A DNA stretch of 54,491 nucleotides. Origin: Candidatus Wildermuthbacteria bacterium RIFCSPHIGHO2_02_FULL_45_25. Lineage in GTDB: Bacteria > Patescibacteriota > Minisyncoccia > Minisyncoccales > UBA10102. The stretch is from contig MHTV01000042.1 of assembly GCA_001823215.1 (NCBI GenBank), positions 1 through 54,491 of the forward strand, written 5' to 3'. Shown here piece by piece: positions 1-9,368 of this stretch. Positions within the stretch are counted from its first letter, which is position 1. Each line of letters starts with the position of its first letter. Made by a program: the position numbers and the translations under genes. Below the pieces are notes generated by a model. The model searched no databases. It was not told the origin of the DNA and saw only the letters and a program-made list of their open reading frames with translations.

Positions 1-132
1 CCAAATATAGTGGAGCCGTGTTCGACCGATCAAAAAAACAAGCAAAGCCATTATCGTAGAGGTGGTGCCAATCAGAAACCCTGACAACGCGAAAGCATTA
101 ATCTCAATCAGAAAAGAATAAATTGTATCCAT
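1..132 (-). CDS. 5' end of a membrane protein gene running off the left edge (partial)
   Basis: ATG (minus) at 130-132 opens MDTIYSFLIEINAFALSGFLIGTTSTIMALLVFLIGRTRLHYIW with no stop to position 1. It contains a hydrophobic TM-like stretch. It is below the ORF-track length cutoff. Confidence 0.3.
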   Translation of the reverse strand, partial: MDTIYSFLIEINAFALSGFLIGTTSTIMALLVFLIGRTRLHYIW

Positions 133-294
133 GGTATCCCTATAAATTCATCATACAAATTCCCACCAAGAATACAATATGCTTAGAGAATTTGATAAAA
201 TACTTTAGAAAATAAAGAAAACGCCTGGCTTAATTCTGTAAAGTATTTGTCGGAACTGATTGAGCAGGGGAAAAGCGTGTGATACATTAAAAAT

Positions 295-1296
295 ATGAAA
301 AAGAATCTCAAGGTCATTCTTCCCCTGTTTGTGTTAACCATTGTGAGTATCGGAATCGGCGCTTGGCTGATTTTGAATAATCCTTTTCAAGGCAACATCG
401 CTCAATATTCCCCAACCCCTATCGCTTCAGCTTCGAGCCCCTCACCCTCGCCTACTCTGGAAAATCCATATACAAACTGGAATCCGCCGAGCGATTGGCA
501 AACCTATCGGAATGAAAATCTAGGATGGACCCTCCGTTATCCTCCAACTTGGGAAATTCTTACAAATTTCGAAAATACTCATTTTAGCTATTCTTTCCGA
601 GACAAACAATGGGAAGGATCTATGGAGTGGCCCGGGCTTGTTATTTCTACAATTGATGCAGCAAAAGAATTTCGAGATATGCCATTTCTTTCATATTTTC
701 TTTCCTCTTCTCAATCTGGCATAAGCCGAATAATAGTTACTCTTGTAAACACACAACTATTTACAAGCTGTGCGTTTTATTCAGATTCATCCGTAGTAGA
801 TACATGCAATAAAATTATTTCAACTCTTCGGACCAACTGGCTTACATATAGAAGTAATCAATATGGGTTGGAGATAAACTATCCAAAGGGCTGGCTTATA
901 GAGGAAAATGAAACTGCGATCGAGATTTCTAACTACGAAGATGTTTTTAGCAAAGCAACAGACGCAATCTATATCCAACTCTCTGTACCTCAAACTCATC
1001 TGGAACTCCAAGAACTTTATACTAAATTGGAGGATCTTCAACCAGGCAAGATAATTGTGTATAGATCAGAAACGTATACAAAAATTTCCAATGATACCCT
1101 CAATGGGATTCCTGCGATCCGTTATGCAAAAGACTATGAACCCAAACCAATTGGAGATTACATTGGGCATACGGAAGATATATTAATACAGCATCAAAAT
1201 GCCATCTTAAAAATCTCATGGACCGGATGGGATCAAATGGAAAAGAAACGAAAGATAGTAAATAAGATACTTTCCACCCTTCAATTCATTAAGTAA
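295..1296 (+). CDS. signal-anchored secreted hypothetical protein
   Basis: 333-aa ORF with an N-terminal TM/signal segment (ILPLFVLTIVSIGIGAWLIL) and an S/P-rich linker. Two copies of a W-x-x-Y-R-x(3,4)-G-x(4)-YP-x-x-W module are present (WQTYRNENLGWTLRYPPTW, WLTYRSNQYGLEINYPKGW). Confidence 0.7.
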   Translation: MKKNLKVILPLFVLTIVSIGIGAWLILNNPFQGNIAQYSPTPIASASSPSPSPTLENPYTNWNPPSDWQTYRNENLGWTLRYPPTWEILTNFENTHFSYSFRDKQWEGSMEWPGLVISTIDAAKEFRDMPFLSYFLSSSQSGISRIIVTLVNTQLFTSCAFYSDSSVVDTCNKIISTLRTNWLTYRSNQYGLEINYPKGWLIEENETAIEISNYEDVFSKATDAIYIQLSVPQTHLELQELYTKLEDLQPGKIIVYRSETYTKISNDTLNGIPAIRYAKDYEPKPIGDYIGHTEDILIQHQNAILKISWTGWDQMEKKRKIVNKILSTLQFIK

Positions 1297-1371
1297 GTCG
1301 CCCCATCAACGCAGACTAATCACATAAAGGAGTGGCCATTTCCCTAAGAAAATGGCCACTTATGTTGGTTC

Positions 1372-4300
1372 TTACTTGCTATTTATGTCAATTACCTCCA
1401 CCGGATTTCGGACACCTCCATCTATCAGCGGCTGCGCATCGTAATAATAGCCATTGGATCTGTGTTGATTATTTTTTTCACCTACCCATACCCAGCTCCC
1501 TTCTTTAAACTCAGTTTTATCAGTGAGTTTTTGGTCTGGATGCCGCACCTCAAAGTGCAAATGGGTGCCGAGTCCTGCCGATGAAACATCAGCAAGCGCG
1601 GCAATTTGTTGCCCTCCCACGACGCATTCTCCTACAGTTATGTCTGGCGAGGTGTGCACATATACCGAATAGAGTTTGCGCACAATCTCTCCTCGATAAG
1701 TGTAAGTGTCGCCCTGCTTGTTTGTCGGCCGCTTATATGCGCCAGGGATTGCAAATGCCCCGCGATGCTCCACGGCAATGAGTTTACCGAGATTGCCGAG
1801 GTTACTTATCATCACGACTTTCCCAGCGCCAATCGCATACACTAGCGTTCCAGCGCCAGATCCGCGATCTTCTCCAGCGTGGTATTCATAGAGTTTGCCA
1901 TGGTACCACCCGAGATAATTCGCAAACCCATTACCGCCATTTGGCCCAACATCCCACTGCTCATTGCTCAACGGCTTTTGCAATGAGGAGGAGATGCCAC
2001 ATTCAAATGGGACATCGTCCGTGATAATCGCCACGTATTTATGTTTGGCGGAACTCCACGCCACATACCCTCCTTCAAAGTCGGAGCGGCGGCGATTGGT
2101 GGCAGGGTCGGGGCGTTCATCGGTGATAGGGAATCCCAGATCGCCTTGCGCGCCTCCGAGGCGGTCATATTCCTTCCGGATAGCTCCATGCACTTCATAC
2201 ACCCCATGTTTGGAAGCGTAAATAGAGCCGCGCCGATACACGCTCATGGCTCCGGTTGAGCCAGAGAAAGAACCAAGCACGTCCCGCCTTTGTTTGAGCG
2301 CGCCAAAATTCATTAGGGTTGCTCGCATCTCATGCCATTTCATATCAATGGCATGATCTTGATACTTTCCCGCAGAACCCGTGTACAGAAGATTATCGAG
2401 CAAAGCTCGCGTTGCGATGTTGAGCTCACCTGTTGCGGGAATATCAGCATATTCGCGTTGAAGCCGCAGAACCGCGTCAAAGGTGAGATCACCGTAGAAC
2501 TCGGTTTCCTTGCCTGGAGATCCAGGCCCGCTTTCCGCGACTGTATACCCCAACAAATTCAAAGCAATTTGGAGTATCCAGACATCCTGGCCCGTGTCTC
2601 CCTTCCGCAAATCTGCAGGGAATATGGGCTGGAAAAGCAGCGACTGTTGATCATTTGGATCGCTTGTACCGTACAGTGTCAGCAGGTTTCCTATTCCCAC
2701 AAGGGATGCCAACACAATGATTAATGAATTTTCCGGTGTTGGAACAACCGTTGGATCCGCAGTCGGCGTTGGGGTAGGAATTTGCGTGGGTGTCGCAGTC
2801 GGCGTTTCTGTTGGCGGGGCAGGCGTAGATGGCTCCACAATCGCGGGCGCGATATGCTCGCTATCAATGGAAGGGACATTTGCTCCTACCGTTAACAGCA
2901 AGGTTTCGGGCAACGAAAAGTAGGCATAGCGCAGTTCGCCCGCAAGCGCATTGATCTCGCTTTCCAGCGCTTTTCGAGGAAACTTCGCGATTTCTTCCGC
3001 GATATTGTTGAACTGCGTTGCAACAGCTTCCCTCGCTTTCTTGCGCAGCTCATCTGCGTAATGGCATGAGAGAGAAGGCATCAGCAGTCGCGAGGACATA
3101 TCCATGTTCTTTCCCATAGTGTCATAGATCGTATCCCCGCCCATGCTTCGGCCCACTGCTTGCTGGTACGCCCCCAAACTCCGCTTCTCTAGGGGATCGG
3201 ACTCCGAAGGCCGATCTCCGTCCGCCCCAAAGTATCTGCCCCCAAGCGTGCCTTTGGTGTAGATTTCCTCGATCGTCTCCTCTCCATAGCCCAGCGTCCG
3301 CAAAAACAGAATTTGGCGTTCATCGTCCCTCGTGTCTTTCACCGCAGATCGAAGGGCAAGAATGATATGCAACCCCTCGCCTGCCTTCTGGAACACCTCA
3401 TGATCCTCCATCGTTGGGAAGAACATCCCTCCCGTAGAGGTCAATCCCGTGAATTGATCCAGAAAGCTTTGAAACGAAGGAGAAAGCTCCACCGCTTCAG
3501 ATGGGTCGCATGGGTCATCCAACGGGGCATCGGGTGTTGGAGTAACCGTGGGCAGCGCCAAAGGAGTCCTCGTCGCAGTGGGTTCGGGCGCAAAAGTCCC
3601 TGGTTGAGCCGCCGGATCATAGTCGTGCGTCTCGCTCGCTAGAATCCGCGCCACCTCCGTGCCGTCCGGCTTCATGCCGTACAATTGCCATCTCCCGCTT
3701 CGATTCGAGGAAAACAGAATGCGTTTGCCATCCCCGGACCACGAAGGCCCGCTATTCTCTGAAGGCCTCGCGTTCGTGAGTTGCTTGTGGTCGCTGCTGT
3801 CAGAACGAATCTTGCAGATTTCCTGACCGCAATCATAGACAATCCATTCTCCGTCGGGCGACCAGTTGCCATGGGTGTTGGATACCTCTTCGCTCATGTC
3901 CAGAGGAGCTGCGTTTTTCCCGTCGGCATCTGCCACCCAAATCACTGTGCGCACGCTTTTGATACGGGTGAAGCAAATCTTCTTGCCGTCAGGACTCCAG
4001 CAGGGATAGGTGGAACCAGCTCCCCTACTGCTTGTCAAAAGACGGCGATCCGTTCCATCCGCGTTCATCACCCAAATCCCCATGTCGCCGTATTCCGCTT
4101 TGGAACTGAAGGCGATCTTTTTGCCGTCCGGACTCCACGAGGGTTGGACGTCATTTGTGCCTTCCGGGGTTAGCACCACGGGATTGCTCCCGTCAATATT
4201 CCGTTTCACAATGGAACCATTACCTGTAACCGGATGCGCCGCCATATAGGCAAACTCTTTCCCATTAGGATTCCATGTGGGCGACCAATGATACACGTCT

Positions 4301-4521
4301 TGGTTCGTCACGCGCGCCTCATGGCTTCCGTCCACGTCTGCCATGCAAATCTGCGTCTTGGAGGACTCATCTGCGCACACATAGAGCAGTTTGCCTGTCG
4401 CGGCATACGCAGTTGTCCCATCGTAATGGGAGATGCGACCGTCTTCCGCCCAAGCCAGAAGCATGGCGCACAAGAGAACCGCAACGCTAAAAATGCTCAA
4501 TACCAATGCGAACTTTCCCAT
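1372..4521 (-). CDS. secreted multidomain cell-wall hydrolase: TolB-like PD40 beta-propeller + PG-binding domain + LGFP repeat + M23 peptidase
   Basis: 1049 aa with a signal peptide. PD40-type repeats are present (WSPDGKKIAFSS, WSPDGKKICFT, WSPDGEWIVYD, WSGDGKRILFSS), separated by P/T-rich linkers. A PG_binding_1-like segment is present (GDTGQDVWILQIALNLLGY...FDAVLRLQREY). An LGFP motif is present (GDLGFPITDE). M23 motifs are HAGEDRG and HLHFEVRH. Confidence 0.85.
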   Translation of the reverse strand: MGKFALVLSIFSVAVLLCAMLLAWAEDGRISHYDGTTAYAATGKLLYVCADESSKTQICMADVDGSHEARVTNQDVYHWSPTWNPNGKEFAYMAAHPVTGNGSIVKRNIDGSNPVVLTPEGTNDVQPSWSPDGKKIAFSSKAEYGDMGIWVMNADGTDRRLLTSSRGAGSTYPCWSPDGKKICFTRIKSVRTVIWVADADGKNAAPLDMSEEVSNTHGNWSPDGEWIVYDCGQEICKIRSDSSDHKQLTNARPSENSGPSWSGDGKRILFSSNRSGRWQLYGMKPDGTEVARILASETHDYDPAAQPGTFAPEPTATRTPLALPTVTPTPDAPLDDPCDPSEAVELSPSFQSFLDQFTGLTSTGGMFFPTMEDHEVFQKAGEGLHIILALRSAVKDTRDDERQILFLRTLGYGEETIEEIYTKGTLGGRYFGADGDRPSESDPLEKRSLGAYQQAVGRSMGGDTIYDTMGKNMDMSSRLLMPSLSCHYADELRKKAREAVATQFNNIAEEIAKFPRKALESEINALAGELRYAYFSLPETLLLTVGANVPSIDSEHIAPAIVEPSTPAPPTETPTATPTQIPTPTPTADPTVVPTPENSLIIVLASLVGIGNLLTLYGTSDPNDQQSLLFQPIFPADLRKGDTGQDVWILQIALNLLGYTVAESGPGSPGKETEFYGDLTFDAVLRLQREYADIPATGELNIATRALLDNLLYTGSAGKYQDHAIDMKWHEMRATLMNFGALKQRRDVLGSFSGSTGAMSVYRRGSIYASKHGVYEVHGAIRKEYDRLGGAQGDLGFPITDERPDPATNRRRSDFEGGYVAWSSAKHKYVAIITDDVPFECGISSSLQKPLSNEQWDVGPNGGNGFANYLGWYHGKLYEYHAGEDRGSGAGTLVYAIGAGKVVMISNLGNLGKLIAVEHRGAFAIPGAYKRPTNKQGDTYTYRGEIVRKLYSVYVHTSPDITVGECVVGGQQIAALADVSSAGLGTHLHFEVRHPDQKLTDKTEFKEGSWVWVGEKNNQHRSNGYYYDAQPLIDGGVRNPVEVIDINSK

Positions 4522-4642
4522 CTGTTCCTCTCCTTGCGCATCCTCAATTGTATAGAATGGTGAGGTGCTACATTGTTCGTATCAAAGCAATGCGGGAATG
4601 TCCAATATGTCCGACAGTTTGTTTACAAACTTTGAACTACCG

Positions 4643-4678
4643 AAACAAACAACTCGCCGCCAGGCGAGTTGTTTGTTT
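4643..4678. terminator. 16-bp hairpin terminator downstream of the 4701-4997 gene
   Basis: aaacaaacaactcgcc-gcca-ggcgagttgtttgttt is a perfect 16-bp stem with T-rich flanks. Confidence 0.55.
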
Positions 4679-4700
4679 TCTTTCCCCGCACACTTGAACC

Positions 4701-4997
4701 TTAATAAGGATTTTTCTTCTTTGCGTACGTGCTAATAAATACAATCAAACCCGCGGCCGTAAGAATAAAAGCAAAAATTCCATAGGCAATTCCAACGGGA
4801 GTGATATTCAATTGCGCCACCAATAGCAAATCCAACAAACCAATCAGACATGCCAGCGAGCCAAATACAAAAATAGAATTCAAACGCGCTACCATCCAAT
4901 AAAATACAAAGGTAACAAAAAATCCCAAAATCTCTCCAATCGCGATAAGGAATTGGTTTTCGTATAAAGAATGAATGATGAGTTGAACAATATTCAT
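4701..4997 (-). CDS. small integral membrane protein
   Basis: 98-aa ORF with about three hydrophobic helices. It lies on the same strand as murC, directly downstream of it, and is followed by a hairpin terminator. Confidence 0.6.
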   Translation of the reverse strand: MNIVQLIIHSLYENQFLIAIGEILGFFVTFVFYWMVARLNSIFVFGSLACLIGLLDLLLVAQLNITPVGIAYGIFAFILTAAGLIVFISTYAKKKNPY

Positions 4998-5009
4998 GCG
5001 CTTTTCAAA

Positions 5010-5213
5010 TCACATTTCCTTTTCTTCTTCGTCAAGAAACGGCGTTTGCCCTGTTGCGGGAGATGACTTTATTGATTCGACTGAAGCGCTTTTCGTTTCA
5101 GCGGGACGCTTCATGAGCATTCCAACAGCTCCTTTCTTTTGCACTTGCCACAAGGTAATAAGGATCAGAACTACGATAAAAAGTAAGCCAGCGGTAAGAA
5201 GTAACATATACAA
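5010..5213 (-). CDS. small single-pass membrane protein
   Basis: 67 aa with an N-terminal TM (LLLTAGLLFIVVLILITLW) and a polar tail. It is packed between murC and the next membrane gene. Confidence 0.45.
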   Translation of the reverse strand: MYMLLLTAGLLFIVVLILITLWQVQKKGAVGMLMKRPAETKSASVESIKSSPATGQTPFLDEEEKEM

Positions 5214-5247
5214 TTGTTATATTGATATCAACTTGCAGACCTTTGCA

Positions 5248-6633
5248 TTATTGTATTTTCTCCATTTTCTTGCTGTTCGTCAAATGAAGCGTAAGATTGT
5301 AGATACTGCCTGCTCCCATTACCATAACGACTTCGCCTCCTTTGAGATGACTTGCCAGATACTGCGGAATATCCGCAATATCTGCGATATATACTGTTCT
5401 GTCTCGCGCCTGCAAATTTCTTTTCCCTATTGCCTCCAGAAGCTTTTGAGACGAAACTTTTTTACGGATTTCTGTTTCTTCGCGCCCTGCCACATCATAA
5501 ATATCCGCCAGAATCAGTTTTTCAATCGGCAAGCTCGCCAAAACTTCGACAAAAGCGTCAAACAACAAATAGGTGCGCTGATACTGGTGCGGCTGATACA
5601 CAAGCCAGAGAGGACGATCCGGCCATTTTGCCTTTGCCCCAAGCACGGTAACCTTCACTTCCGTCGGGTGATGTCCATAATCGCTCACCAACGTATACGG
5701 AATACCGTCCAACTCTGTTTGGAAAATTTCAAAGCGCCGCCATGTTCCGGTAAATTCTCCCAGTGCGGTAAAACTTGTCTCGTCTGGGATACCCAGCTCT
5801 CTTGCCACTGCCAATGCCGCCAGCGCGTTTGAAACGTTATGTTCGCCAGGAACTTCGAGAATTCTCCTCAACGTTTCTGCTTCCGGCTGTTTGATCGAAT
5901 ACTTTTGAATTTTATATATTACTCCTTCTCGTGTATCTTTCGAAATTGCAGATTGTGAATTGAAAATTATCTTTTCGATGTTTTTATCATCCCCGTTTGC
6001 GATCAATACTCCGTCATCTCGCAAATGCGTAATATATCTCTCGAATGTTTTAACAATATTGTCGAGATTCTTGTAATAATCCAGATGATCTTCTTCCACA
6101 GTGGTAAGCACTGCCATCTTGGGCCAATAATTCAAAAACGAAGCAAAATGCTCGTCTGCTTCAATCACTAGATACTTGCTTTTCCCTACCCTGCAATTGG
6201 AATTTCCAAATTCCCGCACTTTTGTTCCCACAATCACCGTGGGATCAAATCCGGCTTTTGTGAGAAGTAAAGCAATCATGGATGTTGTCGTGCTTTTCCC
6301 GTGCGTTCCCGAAATTGCAATGGTGTAGTATTGTTTGGTTAACTCGCCCAAGCATTCAGGATAGCTCTTACACGGGATAGCAAGTTCTTTGGCTCGCAAT
6401 CGCTCCGCATTATCTTTTTGTACCGCCGGACTATACACGACCAAGTCAGTCTCCGGCGCAACATTCAAACCAGATGATTCGCCGATTGCGATTTTCACTC
6501 CCAATTTTTCAAGTCCTTGCGTAATTTCCGAAGAAGCCAAATCAGAACCGCTTACTTCATGGCCTTTTTCTCTGTAATAGCGAGCAAGCGCAGAAACTCC
6601 AATCCCTCCAATGCCGATAAAATGGATGATCAT
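5248..6633 (-). CDS. murC: UDP-N-acetylmuramate--L-alanine ligase
   Basis: 461 aa. N-terminal IHFIGIGGIGVSALARYY Rossmann motif, GTHGKSTTTSM P-loop, and Mur ligase middle and C-terminal layout. Confidence 0.95.
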   Translation of the reverse strand: MIIHFIGIGGIGVSALARYYREKGHEVSGSDLASSEITQGLEKLGVKIAIGESSGLNVAPETDLVVYSPAVQKDNAERLRAKELAIPCKSYPECLGELTKQYYTIAISGTHGKSTTTSMIALLLTKAGFDPTVIVGTKVREFGNSNCRVGKSKYLVIEADEHFASFLNYWPKMAVLTTVEEDHLDYYKNLDNIVKTFERYITHLRDDGVLIANGDDKNIEKIIFNSQSAISKDTREGVIYKIQKYSIKQPEAETLRRILEVPGEHNVSNALAALAVARELGIPDETSFTALGEFTGTWRRFEIFQTELDGIPYTLVSDYGHHPTEVKVTVLGAKAKWPDRPLWLVYQPHQYQRTYLLFDAFVEVLASLPIEKLILADIYDVAGREETEIRKKVSSQKLLEAIGKRNLQARDRTVYIADIADIPQYLASHLKGGEVVMVMGAGSIYNLTLHLTNSKKMEKIQ

Positions 6634-6637
6634 ACAG

Positions 6638-7024
6638 TTAGCCGGTAATTCCCCTTTTTAATTCCATTTCCTCAAGTTCTTGATCATCATACCCTTTATG
6701 ATGGGCGATTTCATGCCAGATTACGTCTTTGATCACTTCACGGATTGACTTGGCGCATTCTGCCGCGTACTGCTCGATCGCTGTTTGAAAAAGCGTAATT
6801 TTATCGGGAAGCGTAATACTTAATCCCTTTCCCCATGTGGTTTCAGGCACACCCTCATACAAACCCATGAGCATATTTCCGTGGCGCACGCCCGTTTTTT
6901 GCATTTGTTCTGGCGTGGGAATTTCCTCCACGCAAATTGCGACATTCTCCAGACGAATACTTGTTTCGTTGGTAAATTCTTCGGCGATTTGATCTGCCAA
7001 GTTGTGAAATTCTTTTTGATCCAT
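6638..7024 (-). CDS. zincin-like metallopeptidase family protein (Zincin_1/DUF1025-like)
   Basis: HEIAHH motif near the C-terminus in an acidic small protein. I prefer the ATG at 7024 (MDQKEF..., AAGGA 4 nt upstream). The track start at 7072 is a GTG lying inside the left arm of the repeat at 7031-7192. Confidence 0.75.
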   Translation of the reverse strand: MDQKEFHNLADQIAEEFTNETSIRLENVAICVEEIPTPEQMQKTGVRHGNMLMGLYEGVPETTWGKGLSITLPDKITLFQTAIEQYAAECAKSIREVIKDVIWHEIAHHKGYDDQELEEMELKRGITG

Positions 7025-7030
7025 ATATTC

Positions 7031-7192
7031 CTTTGAATTACGAAACCAGCACATATAAGGTTTTGAGAACACGGATATGTTTCTGCTGAAACATTCCTGG
7101 TGCTCCCCCTTCCACCTTGCGGTGAGGGGCTCGCGCCAGTCGCGCTCCCAACGTTCTCTAATCCTTGTATGCGCTGGTTTCGTAATTCAAAG
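7031..7192 (+). repeat. hairpin-embedded conserved-core element, copy A (40-nt inverted arms + 82-nt core)
   Basis: Arms 7031-7070 and 7153-7192 are reverse complements (36 of 40). The core 7071-7152 (acggatatgtttctgctgaaacattcc...cagtcgcgctcccaac) recurs at 36086-36170 and, shortened and inverted, at 31193-31247. Confidence 0.8.
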
Positions 7193-7223
7193 TACGCTTA
7201 ATTCTACTGTACCATAAAAATTG

Positions 7224-7250
7224 AAGGGCCGCTGATTTGGTGCGGCCCTT
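7224..7250 (-). terminator. rho-independent terminator of the 7263-7697 gene
   Basis: aagggccgc-N9-gcggccctt stem, followed on the minus strand by caattttta. Confidence 0.6.
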
Positions 7251-7262
7251 AAGAGATGCAGT

Positions 7263-7697
7263 TCACAAAAAATCTACCACTTGCGCCGCGCCGATGAAGC
7301 GTACCAGATCCTCGACGCTTGCCCATAACTCTTCCAGCGTCCGGGGGTCGCTCCGCATGTTTTCCTCGTCAGGCATGAGCTTCCATGCAAGATACGTCTC
7401 ATCCCCATAGAAATACCCGGGTACCTCAATAAACTTCCATGGGGCTTTACCTGCACGAAGGATATTGTATCCGTAGATGATGATTTTGAGGAAATTCAGA
7501 GCTTCTTGCGGGGTTTGCGCGATGTCAATCGCACAGAAAGGAACATGCGACTTATGTATTTCATCCACATGTCCCTCGCATGAACCGACCGTTCTCACCT
7601 CCATTTGATGCAGAGCCAGAACAAGCGGCCTGATGTGGGGATCCAAAGCGTCATATACGCTTTTGGATAATGTCCCCGGTAGTGTTTGGTTTCCCAT
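7263..7697 (-). CDS. hypothetical protein
   Basis: 144-aa ORF with normal composition and its own terminator. No family recognised. Confidence 0.55.
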   Translation of the reverse strand: MGNQTLPGTLSKSVYDALDPHIRPLVLALHQMEVRTVGSCEGHVDEIHKSHVPFCAIDIAQTPQEALNFLKIIIYGYNILRAGKAPWKFIEVPGYFYGDETYLAWKLMPDEENMRSDPRTLEELWASVEDLVRFIGAAQVVDFL

Positions 7698-7756
7698 AAC
7701 ATCGCTCCTATTCGCATTTTTCCGAGAAAACTAGCCCCAGTGTAGCGGAAAGTACT

Positions 7757-8353
7757 TCAAAAATCAATGCCCAAACTATAGATGACGAGAACAGCTGACA
7801 ATATGCCAATCAGCAAGCCCACGCAAACATCCGAAAACCAATGCAATCCTGCGGCGACTCGAGCCATGCCCATAAACAAAGTTGCGCCCAAAAAAATCCA
7901 GCCAATAATTCCAAAGCGCCACCATATCACAAAGGAAATTGCCCCATACAAAGCGGCATGCCCGGAGGGAAAGGAGTATTGCGCGGTTTTCTGAAGGTAA
8001 GAAAATACGGGGAGTTGATACAAGATAGCGGGCACTACTGCGAGTTGAGAGAAAGGTGGAGTATGCTGAAGGACCGCATAGGGTCGCTTCCGTTTCCAGA
8101 ATAACCGAATCAGTTCCGTGCAGATAAACCTGGCAAGAAAAGTGCTTGCCCCAAGGTATATTGCTGTTTCCAGCCACATACCTTGATTCATGAGATAGAT
8201 GACCACACCCGCACCTACCAACACCAGATACCATCCCCATTGAGCAATAAAACGAATGAAAGCGAGCCCATAGGAGGAGCGCTCTATCCACTCACCCATT
8301 TTCATTGTAATCACATAGTCTGTATGTCTCATTGCTCTGTTATAACACAACAT
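7757..8353 (-). CDS. PAP2-family phosphatase (undecaprenyl-diphosphatase-like) membrane protein
   Basis: PAP2 motifs KRKRP, PSGH (SFPSGHAALYG) and SR..H..D-like (RVAAGLHWFSDV). Multiple TM helices. The exact start is uncertain. Confidence 0.85.
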   Translation of the reverse strand: MLCYNRAMRHTDYVITMKMGEWIERSSYGLAFIRFIAQWGWYLVLVGAGVVIYLMNQGMWLETAIYLGASTFLARFICTELIRLFWKRKRPYAVLQHTPPFSQLAVVPAILYQLPVFSYLQKTAQYSFPSGHAALYGAISFVIWWRFGIIGWIFLGATLFMGMARVAAGLHWFSDVCVGLLIGILSAVLVIYSLGIDF

Positions 8354-8376
8354 TCTGCCTTCTTCATCTTACCAAT

Positions 8377-8410
8377 AAAAAAGGGTAGGAGATATCTCCT
8401 ACCCTTTTTT
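8377..8410. terminator. bidirectional hairpin terminator
   Basis: aaaaaa-gggtaggagat/atctcctaccc-tttttt, an 11-bp stem flanked by A6 and T6. Confidence 0.7.
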
Positions 8411-8436
8411 GGAACTACCTCCATACTAGGTTTTCC

Positions 8437-9222
8437 TTAACCGGACGATGTTCTCCTTTGTGTGAGTTGCATCAGAAATCTGTAACCTACCCCGAAGATC
8501 GTTCCGATCCACTTGGGATTTTTAGGATCATCCTCCAATTTTCGCCGCAGGTGTTGGATATACTTTCTAAGGATGTCATCGCCTGTCGTATCTCCCCATA
8601 TACGAGCAGCTATCTTTTCGCGGGAGATAGTGTCGGGATATTGTTCCACAAGGAGCAGCAGTATTTTCCTCTCGGTTGGTGTTAAATACAGAGGGTCTCC
8701 ATGCAACCATGTCAGGTGTGCCGGAACATCAATAACCAGTTCATCCTCCGGGCTATACAATACAACATTTTCCGGAGGATTGAGGGCAACCAGAGCCAGA
8801 GTTTCAGGCCGGGATAGTTGCTCTCTTTGTTTAAGGCGTAACATCATTTTGCCCTGGAAATGGGCTTCCAGTCCCTCCAAATCATTCCAGACATCCTGAA
8901 TCTCGATATACACCGCTCCTCCGGCCAAAGTTGCAATTGCGTCTTCCTTATTACCGGGATTATGAAGCACGACAATAGGAGCTTTTGTGATATCACGGAT
9001 ACTTTGAAGGAGACTTCTCAATGCAACTCCTCTAAAGTCCGTGACTACCATATCCCATCGGGGGTTAATACGCAGCTGACGGCAACATTCTTTCACTGTG
9101 GAAAACTCTTTAACATTCAGCTTGACGAGCAAATTTAGAATTGCATTCGTCAGGCAATAGGAAACCTGTCTCGCCAAATCTGACTCTTTGCTGATGCAAA
9201 GAACATTAATATCCTGGTCCAT
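8437..9222 (-). CDS. atypical response-regulator-like protein with OmpR/PhoB winged-helix DNA-binding domain
   Basis: The C-terminus shows the Trans_reg_C pattern (LTPTERKILLLLVEQ...IAARIWG...LRKYIQHLRRKL...GVGYRF). The N-terminal half is receiver-like (VVTD) but lacks the acidic DD pair. Confidence 0.75.
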   Translation of the reverse strand: MDQDINVLCISKESDLARQVSYCLTNAILNLLVKLNVKEFSTVKECCRQLRINPRWDMVVTDFRGVALRSLLQSIRDITKAPIVVLHNPGNKEDAIATLAGGAVYIEIQDVWNDLEGLEAHFQGKMMLRLKQREQLSRPETLALVALNPPENVVLYSPEDELVIDVPAHLTWLHGDPLYLTPTERKILLLLVEQYPDTISREKIAARIWGDTTGDDILRKYIQHLRRKLEDDPKNPKWIGTIFGVGYRFLMQLTQRRTSSG

Positions 9223-9368
9223 TACGCCGCCTCCTTATATGAAGTGCATTACCAGCGCCATTGTAGGGTAACTGCTTTCAGCAGTCAAGCCGGCCGCTAC
9301 TCCTACCGTTCTTTTGTATAAATCCACTCCGGAGGAAATGATCTTTAAGAAATAATGAAGATATTTCC

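Noticed and set aside
4996-5832. 278-aa plus-strand ORF.
   Set aside because: It is entirely antisense to murC and the small membrane genes. Its composition is Cys/Arg/Phe-rich and low in complexity. murC on the opposite strand has full-length motif support.
7071-7152. Small self-cleaving ribozyme (hammerhead or twister type) as an explanation of the conserved core with a long closing helix.
   Set aside because: The hammerhead CUGAUGA...GAAA core is absent (the sequence reads cugcugaaa inside a simple hairpin loop and stem). I could not recognise twister, pistol or hatchet signatures, so the core is left unclassified.
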